Source: a virus
IMG/VR virus record: IMGVR_UViG_3300020472_001862
Span: 64,001 to 128,000 of that record
Strand: one strand, 5' to 3'
Length of the DNA stretch: 64,000 bases
Numbering within the stretch: the first letter of the stretch is position 1; every line of letters starts with the position of its first letter. Below the pieces are notes generated by a model. It made no database searches, was not told the DNA's origin, and worked only from the letters and a program-made list of their open reading frames with translations. Below, piece after piece: positions 55,702 through 64,000 of the stretch. The position numbers and the translations under genes were made by a program.

Positions 55702-55799
55702 TGGCACAACCACAGCAGCAACAACAAGATCTTCCCTCGAAGGAAGAACTTAAGGAAATTATAAAACAACAACAAGACCCGAGGCATAATCAAGAATAA
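55701..55799 (+). CDS. Gln-rich micro-ORF (32 aa)
   Basis: MAQPQQQQQDLPSKEELKEIIKQQQDPRHNQE; TAATG coupling at both ends. Confidence 0.55.
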   Translation: MAQPQQQQQDLPSKEELKEIIKQQQDPRHNQE

Positions 55800-55951
55800 T
55801 GGCTAAAGACGCTTGGATACAAGTAAGAGTAGAAAGGGCTAAAAGAGAAGAAATAAAGAAAGAAGCCCAGAAAAGAGGGATATCTGTATCTCAACTAATG
55901 TTGGAGGGATACGAAACTCTAAGAGAGGGGAAATATATTGACTTTAAGTAA
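55799..55951 (+). CDS. ribbon-helix-helix DNA-binding protein (50 aa)
   Basis: MAKDAWIQVRVERAKREEIKKEAQKRGISVSQLMLEG: beta-strand IQVRV, helix, G-I-S turn, helix. Confidence 0.7.
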   Translation: MAKDAWIQVRVERAKREEIKKEAQKRGISVSQLMLEGYETLREGKYIDFK

Positions 55952-56102
55952 ATTATGGAGATTGTGGTGTTTGTCATTAGGAGAGAAAGCAAGTGATGAC
56001 TCCAAGGAAGCAGATGCAGTTGCAGTTATGAGAACCATTGTTGTTCTTGTTAACTTCTTTACTTGTTTCTTTATCATCTCAGGCGTATTGAGGCATTGGT
56101 AA
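55938..56102 (+). CDS. small membrane protein (WRLW..LGEKAS..EAD.VA..RT family)
   Basis: Hand translation from TTG; C-terminal TM helix ending RHW. Confidence 0.65.
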   Translation: MTLSKLWRLWCLSLGEKASDDSKEADAVAVMRTIVVLVNFFTCFFIISGVLRHW

Positions 56103-56186
56103 TGAATAACAATGATAATGATATAAGAATTTTGACTATATATTTTATAATAATAATGTTAATAATTAGTTATAGTTTTGGATAAT

Positions 56187-56645
56187 ATGACAGACGCAAT
56201 ATTAGAAGGCTTTGGTGAGCCAGTCGAAGAAATAAACGAAGAGGAGTTCCAAGAGAAACTTAAAAAGATCTCTCCTTTTGACTACGCTAATAGCATTTAT
56301 ACAAAAGACAATCTTATAGTTGATGAAAGGACAGAAAAAGAATACAATCCTTTTATGGTAAATCGTGCAATGGGTATGGGTAAAGATACTTGTATTGCCG
56401 CTAATGAAATGAATTCGAGACATCACTTGGATAATAAAATGCAATATGACTTCCTTATGGATGTTGTAAGGCAGGGTAAAAGATATAACAAGTGGTTGAA
56501 GAATGATGAAGAAAACATAGAGGCAATCCAAAAGTTTTTTGGATATTCTTTAATTAAAGCAAAACAGACCCTTAGTCTGTTAAATGATACACAAATAGAT
56601 CTCATAAAAATACATTTGAACACTTCTAAAGGTGGAAAAGTATAA
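56187..56645 (+). CDS. g62: clamp loader small subunit gp62
   Basis: PFDYANSI, YNPFMVNR, ANEMN, QYDFL, FGYS..KA. Confidence 0.92.
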   Translation: MTDAILEGFGEPVEEINEEEFQEKLKKISPFDYANSIYTKDNLIVDERTEKEYNPFMVNRAMGMGKDTCIAANEMNSRHHLDNKMQYDFLMDVVRQGKRYNKWLKNDEENIEAIQKFFGYSLIKAKQTLSLLNDTQIDLIKIHLNTSKGGKV

Positions 56646-56648
56646 ATA
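56641..56648 (+). promoter_or_regulatory. late promoter TATAAATA upstream of regA
   Basis: Exact consensus overlapping g62 stop. Confidence 0.65.
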
Positions 56649-56694
56649 CCTTTATAACTTAATTATTATTTAAGACATAACAGGCATATTGAGA

Positions 56695-57114
56695 ATGAGT
56701 GATCAAGAGAATTACTTTAACATAGACTATCCAGGGTATTCACCTTTAGAAGTTACCTTAAACGACCCAGAAGATTTTTTGAAGGTTAGGGAAACTTTGT
56801 CTCGAATTGGAGTAGCATCGAAAAAGGACCAAGTCCTTTATCAGTCTTGCCATATATTACACAAGAAAGGTAGATACTTTATAACACATTTTAAAGAATT
56901 ATTCGCTCTTGATGGTAAGGAGGCTGACTTCCAAGATAACGATTTACAACGCAGAAATACTATTGCTAAATTACTCCAAGATTGGGGTTTGGTAAAAATA
57001 TTAGGCGAAGTAGAAGATTTAGCTCCGTTGAGCCAAATCAAAATTATATCGTTTAAAGAGAAGGGTGAGTGGGAGCTAATCCCCAAATACAACATTGGAA
57101 AGAAAGTTAAATAA
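56695..57114 (+). CDS. regA: translational repressor RegA
   Basis: DFLKVRETLSRIG, QSCHILHK, HFKELFALDG, KYNIG. Confidence 0.97.
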   Translation: MSDQENYFNIDYPGYSPLEVTLNDPEDFLKVRETLSRIGVASKKDQVLYQSCHILHKKGRYFITHFKELFALDGKEADFQDNDLQRRNTIAKLLQDWGLVKILGEVEDLAPLSQIKIISFKEKGEWELIPKYNIGKKVK

Positions 57115-58378
57115 AAACCAAATAGAAGCATTACAACTTATTAAGGACGAACAGGATGCAGTAGGTCCTGGTTTCTGCGTGCTAAAATGGTACCACCAAG
57201 AAATGCACTTAGGAACAGGAAGGGCACACTCCTGTTATCATTGTCCTACACATCAAATACCTTTAGGCGCAGACTTACACAATACACCTCACAAGGTTGA
57301 ACAAAGAGCAACAATGTTACAAGGTGGCAAACCTTCAGAGTGCTCTTATTGTTGGGAGGTAGAGGATCTTGATCTAATCTCAGATAGACAAACTCTTGCA
57401 GTACAATTTTTTAAACATAATAGAGATATAGTTAAAGAGGCAAAAGAAGCAGGACTTGGTTATGTATATCCTAAATATTTAGAAATATCCTTCACTAATA
57501 AATGTCAAATGGCATGTAGTTATTGTGGACCGGTATTCAGCACAACATGGGAAAAGGAAATAGAGGAACATGGTCCTTACAAACTATCAGAGGATTATAA
57601 TCTTATTCATACACCTCAGATAGAAAACTCTCCCTATGTGGCAAAGTTTTGGAAATGGTTTCCACAGGCATATGAACACTTATTTGTTCTTAGAGTAACA
57701 GGAGGAGAGCCTTTATTAGATAAGAATACATATAAACTTCTAGAATATGTTAAGGCAAATCCTAGAAAAGGATTAACATTCCATTGTAATTCTAATCTTA
57801 TGGTTACAGAAAATAGAGTACAAAAATATATTAACCTAGTAAAAGATGTACCTAATACTAAACTTTATGCTAGTATTGACTCATGGGGAAAACAGGCAGA
57901 GTATATAAGACATGGTTTAGAGATAGAACATTTTGAGGCAAACTTAATTAGATTATTAGCTCAAGGAATTCCTGTTGGTATCATGTGTACATATAATTTT
58001 TTATCTATTGATAATATTAGTGAGTTTATATTTAAAATGGCGGAACTTAAAACACAATTTGGTGATTTACTAACAGTTGACATGCCTTATATGGTTGAAC
58101 CATTACACCTTTCAGCACAAATTTGCGATGATAGTCATATACATATAATGGAAGAAAGTTTAAAAGAAATGGAACTATATCCATTTACTACAGGCGAAAT
58201 AGAAAAATACAGAAAGACTGTAGGATGGATAAAAGCAAACAGGTTCAAAGGTGATGAACTTGTCAAACACAGAAAAGATTTCTGGGCGTTTGTAAAAGAA
58301 CATGATAAGAGAAGAGGCACAAATTTTAAAGAAGCTTTTCCTCACTTAGGAATGATAGGATTTAATAATGAAACATGA
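57095..58378 (+). CDS. radical SAM enzyme with N-terminal twitch/SPASM-like Cys domain
   Basis: FCVLKW..SCYHC..ECSYCW; NKCQMACSYC; TGGEPLL; DKRRGTNF. Confidence 0.88.
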   Translation: MERKLNKNQIEALQLIKDEQDAVGPGFCVLKWYHQEMHLGTGRAHSCYHCPTHQIPLGADLHNTPHKVEQRATMLQGGKPSECSYCWEVEDLDLISDRQTLAVQFFKHNRDIVKEAKEAGLGYVYPKYLEISFTNKCQMACSYCGPVFSTTWEKEIEEHGPYKLSEDYNLIHTPQIENSPYVAKFWKWFPQAYEHLFVLRVTGGEPLLDKNTYKLLEYVKANPRKGLTFHCNSNLMVTENRVQKYINLVKDVPNTKLYASIDSWGKQAEYIRHGLEIEHFEANLIRLLAQGIPVGIMCTYNFLSIDNISEFIFKMAELKTQFGDLLTVDMPYMVEPLHLSAQICDDSHIHIMEESLKEMELYPFTTGEIEKYRKTVGWIKANRFKGDELVKHRKDFWAFVKEHDKRRGTNFKEAFPHLGMIGFNNET

Positions 58379-59027
58379 AATGGGTGAATACAAATTACAT
58401 TCAATTAATAATCCATTAATATTAACTATAGAAGATTTTTTACCCGAAGAAACAGTAGATACATTAATGGATGATATTAATGAACATTGTGTTTTTAAAG
58501 AGGCAAAAGTTTCCACAGATGATGGCACAGGTGAATATACTAACAAAAGAAATAACCAAACATCTTCTCTAAACTTTGCACAATCTGATGGCGCAAGAAT
58601 GTTTTTAGACATGGCATCAGCAACATTAAGAGTACATCCTTCTCAAGCAGAGCCATTATCAGTTATTAAGTATTTACCAGGACAACAATTTGAACCTCAT
58701 TTAGATGCTTTTGGAGAGGACAAGATAGAATCTTATTCACCTCAAGCAGGCAACAGAATAGCAACAGCAATATTATATTTAAATGATGTACAGCATGGAG
58801 GGGAAACAGATTTTCCTAATATGGGTATTACAATACCTGCTAAGAAAGGAACCTGTGTATTTTTCTCTAATACATTTATGGGAACATGCACACCTATTGA
58901 TTTATCAATGCACGCAGGCATGCCTGTTATTCGTGGAGAAAAAACAGCAGTTAATTTGTGGTTTAGATCAGGTGTTTATGACAATAATATGTACCAAAAA
59001 TGGTTAGAAAGTCAGCAGAGTGTATAA
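58368..59027 (+). CDS. 2OG-Fe(II) oxygenase, prolyl 4-hydroxylase-like
   Basis: PHLD, RIATAILYLNDV..GGETDF, HAGMPV..GEK. Confidence 0.9.
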   Translation: MKHEMGEYKLHSINNPLILTIEDFLPEETVDTLMDDINEHCVFKEAKVSTDDGTGEYTNKRNNQTSSLNFAQSDGARMFLDMASATLRVHPSQAEPLSVIKYLPGQQFEPHLDAFGEDKIESYSPQAGNRIATAILYLNDVQHGGETDFPNMGITIPAKKGTCVFFSNTFMGTCTPIDLSMHAGMPVIRGEKTAVNLWFRSGVYDNNMYQKWLESQQSV

Positions 59028-59030
59028 ATA
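59023..59030 (+). promoter_or_regulatory. late promoter TATAAATA upstream of hsp20
   Basis: Exact consensus. Confidence 0.75.
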
Positions 59031-59033
59031 GTA

Positions 59034-59094
59034 ATGATACGCCGAAAGGGTATCATATATTAACCTTGCTAACTAATAGGAGGAAACTAAAATG
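59034..59094 (+). promoter_or_regulatory. ROSE-like RNA thermometer in hsp20 5' UTR
   Basis: Hairpin AUGAUAC-g-CC-GAAA-GG-GUAUCAU then CCUUGCU (59064-59070) able to pair with SD AGGAGG (59078-59083) with a bulged G. Confidence 0.65.
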
Positions 59095-59538
59095 GTAAGA
59101 TTAAACACGACTAACTGGAACGATTTTGTTTCAGCATTCCCACAAGTAGAAAGTAGATTGATTGGATTTGACAGAGTATTTGACGCTGTTACCAAACTTC
59201 ACACCGTTGAAGGAGGCCAATCTAATTCTTTCCCACCTTATAATATCAAAAAACTAGACGCTGAGAATTATGAAATTCAAATTGCTCTTGCAGGATTCAG
59301 TAAATCTGAATTGAATATTAGTGTGGAAGACGGCAACCTTGTCGTTAAAGGTGAACAAGAGAAATCAGAAGATGAATTCTTGCACAAAGGAATTGCAGAA
59401 CGCAATTTCACAAGAACATGGGCATTAGCAGATGATGTTAAAGTCACAGGTTCAAAATTGAAGGATGGAGTTTTAACTATTTCATTGGTACACGAAATAC
59501 CAGAGGAAAAGAAACCTACATCTATTGAAATTAAATAA
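59092..59538 (+). CDS. small heat shock protein Hsp20 (IbpA-like)
   Basis: IGFDR, FPPYNI, ALAGF, HKGIAERNF, DGVLTI, PEEKKP. Confidence 0.95.
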   Translation: MVRLNTTNWNDFVSAFPQVESRLIGFDRVFDAVTKLHTVEGGQSNSFPPYNIKKLDAENYEIQIALAGFSKSELNISVEDGNLVVKGEQEKSEDEFLHKGIAERNFTRTWALADDVKVTGSKLKDGVLTISLVHEIPEEKKPTSIEIK

Positions 59539-59560
59539 TTAGAAACAGGAGATAAGGAGT

Positions 59561-59905
59561 ATGGCTACTAACATACAAATCGTTAAACTTACAACAGGTG
59601 AAGACTTGATTGGAGACATTAAAGAAGAGGAAATTGAGGGTAGAGGTTTTCTACTTATCAAGAAACCAGCTATTATTATGATTATGCCTAAACCTGGAAG
59701 TGAAACTGATTATACTGTAGGGCTTGCTCCTTACGCTCCATTTGCAAAAGATCACAAAGTTCCGATCTTTCCAGCTCATGTTGTTTCAGTCTACGATCCA
59801 GGAACAGAGATGTTAAATTCGTATAATAAAAAGTTTGGTTCCGGAATTGTTCAACCTGACTTTATAAATAAAAAGGTGTTGAACGAAACAATTAAAGGAA
59901 AGTAA
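59561..59905 (+). CDS. conserved T4-like hypothetical protein (Sm-like fold suspected)
   Basis: IVKLTTGEDLIG..P..FGSGIV. Confidence 0.7.
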   Translation: MATNIQIVKLTTGEDLIGDIKEEEIEGRGFLLIKKPAIIMIMPKPGSETDYTVGLAPYAPFAKDHKVPIFPAHVVSVYDPGTEMLNSYNKKFGSGIVQPDFINKKVLNETIKGK

Positions 59906-60307
59906 ATGTATGAATATAGAATTAATGTTGTCAAAATTATTGATGGCGACACAGTAGATGTGGATATCGACTTGGGCTTCGGTGTCTGGCTCAAGAAACA
60001 AAGAATACGTCTGCATGGGATCGATACTCCCGAAAGTAGAACCCGTGACCTCGACGAAAAACGATACGGACTTATGGCGAAGAAATACCTCACGCAGCAG
60101 ATTGAAGGTGGAGCTATACTCAAAACAAGGCTCGATAAAAAAGGAAAATATGGAAGGATACTTGGTGAATTTATTAGTTTAGATGGTAATACTAATATAA
60201 ATGAACTAATGATATCCAAACATCATGCCGTATCCTATCACGGCGCAAGTAAAGCAGAAATAGCAGAGGGACACTTGCGAAATAGGACCAGAGTTAAAGA
60301 AATTTAA
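59906..60307 (+). CDS. thermonuclease (SNase-like) family nuclease
   Basis: IIDGDTVD, RLHGIDTPE, GKYGRIL. Confidence 0.9.
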   Translation: MYEYRINVVKIIDGDTVDVDIDLGFGVWLKKQRIRLHGIDTPESRTRDLDEKRYGLMAKKYLTQQIEGGAILKTRLDKKGKYGRILGEFISLDGNTNINELMISKHHAVSYHGASKAEIAEGHLRNRTRVKEI

Positions 60308-60336
60308 TTGACATTTAGTACGAAAGAGTGCATAAT
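60308..60336 (+). promoter_or_regulatory. sigma70-type promoter TTGACA-N17-CATAAT with AAAGAG box (gp43)
   Basis: Read directly. Confidence 0.8.
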
Positions 60337-60362
60337 GTCTATATTATGTTTAAGGTGTTGTT

Positions 60363-62858
60363 ATGAATTTTTATACTTATGCAAGACATTATGGAAATGA
60401 CATACTTTTCCGTGGTGTAAAAGACGGTAAGCGATTTACTGCAAGGCGTGGATTCCAACCTACTCTATTTGTTAAGAGTCAAGAAAAATCTAAATACAAA
60501 AGCATTTTTGGTGAGAATGTCTCGCCTATGAAATTCCCTACAAACAAGGAGGCAACCGCCTTCTTTGACAGTTACAAAGATGTAGATAATTTTCCAATAT
60601 TTGGACAAAATTATTACGCATACCAATATATCACCGAGAACTATCCTGGTGAGATTCAATGGGATGCTAATAAAATGGCAATCTATTCTATCGATATAGA
60701 AACAACATCGGAAGGTGGATTTCCAAATGTAGACTCCCCTAGTGAGAAAGTTCTAGTTATCACACTTCAAAACAACAACACCAAGAAGATAACAACTTTT
60801 GGCCTAGGGGAGTTTACTCCTACAAAAGAAACATCTCACCTAGATATTGATTATCATGGCTTTGATACAGAAGAACAGTTATTAGAAAATTTCCTCACTT
60901 GGTGGCAGGAAAACTGTCCTGATATTATTACAGGTTGGAACAGTAATTTATTTGATATGCCTTATCTTATTACAAGAGTTCAACGAGTATTAGGTGAGGA
61001 TGAACATAAAAGATTCTCGCCTTTTAAGTTAATTAACAAACGCCCTATTAGATTTGCTAATCGTGAGATGACAGCATTCGAGATTACAGGTGTAGCACAA
61101 TTAGACTATTTAGATCTATATAAGAAGTTTACTTATGTGACTCGAGAGTCATACAAACTAGACTTTATTGCAGAAACAGAACTAGGCAAAAACAAACTAG
61201 AGTCTGGTTTTGACACATTTAAAGAGTTTTATGACGGGGATTGGAATAGGTTTGTAGAATATAATATTATTGATACAGTTATTGTCGACGAACTAGAAGA
61301 CAAGATGAAACTTATTGAACTTGCTATTACAATGGCCTATGACGCTAAGTGTAATTATAATGATGTATTCTCAGCTGTTAGAACCTGGGATAGTTTATTA
61401 TATAATCATCTATGGGAAAAGGATATTGTTATTCACCAGGGTGGTGGTAGAAAGGATAGACAAATAGAAGGTGCCTTTGTACAAGAACCTGTTCCTGGAA
61501 GTTATGAATGGGTAGCTAGTTTTGATGCTACAAGTCTATATCCTAGTATTCTAATGCAACACAATATGAGTCCTGAGACTATTGTTCCTGGATTTAAATA
61601 TGATGTTAGTGTTGACGATCAACTGGACAGATATCAGTTGGACAAGTTAAAGGAAAAGAACTACACTATGGCAGGTAATGGTTCCTGCTATACAAGAGAA
61701 AAGAAAGGCCTGTTCCCTGAGATTGTACAAAAGTTTTTTAATGATAGATTAAAATATAAGAAGTTAATGCAGAAGGCACAGAAAGATTTCCAAGAAACAG
61801 GTGCCCTACATCACAAGAACGAGATAAGTAAATATAATAATTTTCAGATGGCTCGTAAGATTCAATTAAACAGTTTATATGGTGCCCTGGCTAATCAGTA
61901 TTTTAGATTCTATGATGATAGAATTGCAGAAGGTATTACAATGTCAGGACAATTAGTTATCCGAGATACAGCTAAGGCCTTGGACAAGTATATGAACAAA
62001 GTATGTGGCACAGAAGATGAGATGTATTCCTTTTATAGTGATACTGACTCTTGTTATGTTACATGTAAGAATTTGGTAGACAACTTCTTCCCTGACAAAG
62101 ATGTAGATAAGGTTGTAGGTCTGTTAGATAAAATAGGCACAGAGAAAATAGAACCTGCTATTGCACAGGCAATGACAAAGTTAGGTAACTATACTAATGC
62201 CTTTGAACATAAGATAGACTTTAAGCGTGAGGTTATCGCAGATAAAGGTGTGTTTGTAGCTAAGAAAAGATATGCCTTAAATGTATTAGATGATGAAGGA
62301 CTAAGACTAAAAGATCCTAAACTAAAGGTTATGGGTTTAGAAATTGTAAGGTCCTCGACTCCTGCTCCTATTCGAGATAGTTTGAAAGAGGCAGTTCGTC
62401 TTATTCTTACAAGTGATGAAGAACATCTACAGAAATATATTGCTGAGGCACAAAAACATTTTAATACATTAACAGCAGAAGATATTGCTTTCCCTCGAGG
62501 ATGTAATAATCTTAAGAAATACACATCTACAGCAGATGTATATCAGAAAGGCACACCTATACATGTTCGTGGCTCTTTACTGTATAATAAGCTCTTAAAA
62601 GACAAAAGTTTGAACCTTAAGTATGAGAATATACAAGAAGGTGACAAGATTAAGTTCCTTTATTTGAAGGAGCCTAATAGTTTACATGAGAATACGATTG
62701 CCTTTGTAACTAAACTTCCTAAGGAGTTTGAGATAACAAAGTATGTAGACTATGATTTAATATTTCAGAAAGCATTTATTGATCCTTTAGAAAACATTCT
62801 AAAACCTATAGGCTGGAATACAGAACCACAAGCAACATTGGAGGACTTGTTTAGATGA
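60363..62858 (+). CDS. g43: family B DNA polymerase gp43
   Basis: DIET exonuclease, DATSLYPS, KIQLNSLYG, YSDTDS, KKRY. Confidence 0.98.
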   Translation: MNFYTYARHYGNDILFRGVKDGKRFTARRGFQPTLFVKSQEKSKYKSIFGENVSPMKFPTNKEATAFFDSYKDVDNFPIFGQNYYAYQYITENYPGEIQWDANKMAIYSIDIETTSEGGFPNVDSPSEKVLVITLQNNNTKKITTFGLGEFTPTKETSHLDIDYHGFDTEEQLLENFLTWWQENCPDIITGWNSNLFDMPYLITRVQRVLGEDEHKRFSPFKLINKRPIRFANREMTAFEITGVAQLDYLDLYKKFTYVTRESYKLDFIAETELGKNKLESGFDTFKEFYDGDWNRFVEYNIIDTVIVDELEDKMKLIELAITMAYDAKCNYNDVFSAVRTWDSLLYNHLWEKDIVIHQGGGRKDRQIEGAFVQEPVPGSYEWVASFDATSLYPSILMQHNMSPETIVPGFKYDVSVDDQLDRYQLDKLKEKNYTMAGNGSCYTREKKGLFPEIVQKFFNDRLKYKKLMQKAQKDFQETGALHHKNEISKYNNFQMARKIQLNSLYGALANQYFRFYDDRIAEGITMSGQLVIRDTAKALDKYMNKVCGTEDEMYSFYSDTDSCYVTCKNLVDNFFPDKDVDKVVGLLDKIGTEKIEPAIAQAMTKLGNYTNAFEHKIDFKREVIADKGVFVAKKRYALNVLDDEGLRLKDPKLKVMGLEIVRSSTPAPIRDSLKEAVRLILTSDEEHLQKYIAEAQKHFNTLTAEDIAFPRGCNNLKKYTSTADVYQKGTPIHVRGSLLYNKLLKDKSLNLKYENIQEGDKIKFLYLKEPNSLHENTIAFVTKLPKEFEITKYVDYDLIFQKAFIDPLENILKPIGWNTEPQATLEDLFR

Positions 62859-63433
62859 TTAAAAGTTTTTGGCCTAATGAGTGGCCGTTTGAACAAATTG
62901 TAAGTCAGTTACCTGATAAAGGTAATCTAATTGAAATAGGAACTTATTTAGGTAAATCTGCTATAGCATGGGCTGATGAGTTTAACAAAGCAGATAAAGA
63001 TTGGAATATTCATACTATTGATTCCTTTAGTGGTATTCCTAATGTTTGGAGTGAAGACAATCCTAACATAGAATTTTTCAAGAGCTTAGTAATAAGTGGA
63101 GAGGAACAATTAAAACAGTTTAAGGAAAATATAGAAGGTAAAGATAACATTACATGGGAAAAAATATTTTGGACACCAGATTACAAAACAGATGAATGGT
63201 ATGATGTTTTATTTTATGATGGCGCTCACGGATATGGAAACTGTAAACAAGCATTAGAATATTGGGTAGACAGAACAGAATGTATGGTTATAGATGATTA
63301 CGAAGCAATGTTTCCAGGTACAATGAAGGCAGTAGATGAAGTATATGCTTCTATGAGAGATCCTAAAGAGTTTGAACAAATTTGTGTTGAAGGAAAACAA
63401 ATAGCAGTAATTTGGAGTATAAAAATACCATGA
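62855..63433 (+). CDS. class I SAM-dependent methyltransferase (Methyltransf_24-like)
   Basis: EIGTYLGKSA, HTIDSF, YDGAHGY, IDDY..FPG..KAVDE. Confidence 0.85.
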   Translation: MIKSFWPNEWPFEQIVSQLPDKGNLIEIGTYLGKSAIAWADEFNKADKDWNIHTIDSFSGIPNVWSEDNPNIEFFKSLVISGEEQLKQFKENIEGKDNITWEKIFWTPDYKTDEWYDVLFYDGAHGYGNCKQALEYWVDRTECMVIDDYEAMFPGTMKAVDEVYASMRDPKEFEQICVEGKQIAVIWSIKIP

Positions 63434-63600
63434 AAAATAAAGACGAAAGAGATAGCCACTTCATATATAGCATATGGAAAAGTGGTTTTAGAGTAGGCGG
63501 TTGTGTGATACCATTTGTATTCATGGAACCATGGGCATGGCAAGTATTTTTAGGAGCATTTTTTGTTGCTGAAATACTAGGAATTATTGAGGAGATATAA
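63430..63600 (+). CDS. small membrane protein
   Basis: HFIYSIWKSGFRV..AEILGIIEE. Confidence 0.65.
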   Translation: MKNKDERDSHFIYSIWKSGFRVGGCVIPFVFMEPWAWQVFLGAFFVAEILGIIEEI

Positions 63601-63788
63601 TGGGAACAAGAGCGTGGTATAAAAAAGGCATAAATGCTAGAAGGGAGGGTGCTTTAGAAAGACTTAGAGCATCTAAATTTACACCAAAAATTGTAAAAGG
63701 AAAAGAACGCAATGAAAAGAACTGGACAAAGAAGAAAGAGGAACAAATTGAAACTCTTGAATCCAGAATTAGAGGGACACAAAGTTAA
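63600..63788 (+). CDS. small basic hypothetical protein
   Basis: 62 aa ORF coupled to upstream stop (TAATG). Confidence 0.6.
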   Translation: MGTRAWYKKGINARREGALERLRASKFTPKIVKGKERNEKNWTKKKEEQIETLESRIRGTQS

Positions 63789-63836
63789 GTTTCAATATAA
63801 GAAACTTTTAGATCAACAAAAAGAGATCGACGAACA

Positions 63837-64000
63837 ATGGAAACGAATACAAAAATTGCAATTATCGGATACGGATTTGTAGGTAAAGCTACAGAATATT
63901 TTCTAAAGGAAAAATTTGAAGAACCTTTAGATGTTTTTATTCACGATCCTGACTTAGGTTACAATGTAAGTAATTGGGCAGAAATAGATTACGCATTTAT
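63837..64000 (+). CDS. UDP-glucose/GDP-mannose dehydrogenase-like protein, N-terminus (truncated)
   Basis: Hand translation METNTKIAIIGYGFVGKAT..IHDP: Rossmann GxGxVG motif. Confidence 0.65.
   Translation, partial: METNTKIAIIGYGFVGKATEYFLKEKFEEPLDVFIHDPDLGYNVSNWAEIDYAF

Noticed and set aside
1-64000. CRISPR array, tRNA/rRNA genes, introns, inteins, integrase or transposase
   Set aside because: No regular repeat-spacer units or cloverleafs noticed by eye; gp17, gp43, gp46 and UvsW are of normal length and uninterrupted. A tRNAscan/Infernal run would be needed to be certain.

Overview
AT-rich (visually about one third GC) 64 kb segment of a large T4-like myophage genome, most likely infecting a marine Gram-negative heterotroph (a proteobacterium is inferred from the ISC-type IscU/IscA, TonB-dependent receptor, Prx5 and ROSE-like element; no photosynthesis genes seen). 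Order: DNA ligase; a minus-strand block of paralogous GT-A glycosyltransferases with thyX and a methyltransferase-like gene; Ser/Thr-rich fibre modules; the T4 core virion block gp13-gp23; a small minus-strand island with a glutamine (glnA-type) riboswitch upstream of a DUF4278-like gene; iscU/iscA; gp3, uvsY, uvsW, gp55; a 7-deazaguanine DNA-modification cluster (queE, PRTase, folE, exonuclease, TGT/DpdA-like, DenV-like glycosylase, QueD-like, glycosyltransferase, queD; no queC inside it); gp47/gp46; an accessory tract (glutaredoxin, two SET-domain proteins, peptide deformylase, ClpP-like, TonB receptor, VWA/MoxR pair, B12-type radical SAM, crotonase); and the replication block gp45, gp44, gp62, regA, hsp20, gp43. 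Best leads: (1) a queC-less deazaguanine cluster with a glycosyltransferase, PRTase and glycosylase, suggesting an undescribed (possibly glycosylated) modified guanine; (2) a late-promoter-driven glutamine riboswitch; (3) a palindromic bidirectional late promoter coupling the glycosyltransferase block to fibre genes; (4) a ROSE-like RNA thermometer on hsp20; (5) unexplained repeated regulatory motifs. All product calls come from motif recognition and synteny by eye, not database searches; several start codons were moved from the ORF track to more plausible ones.
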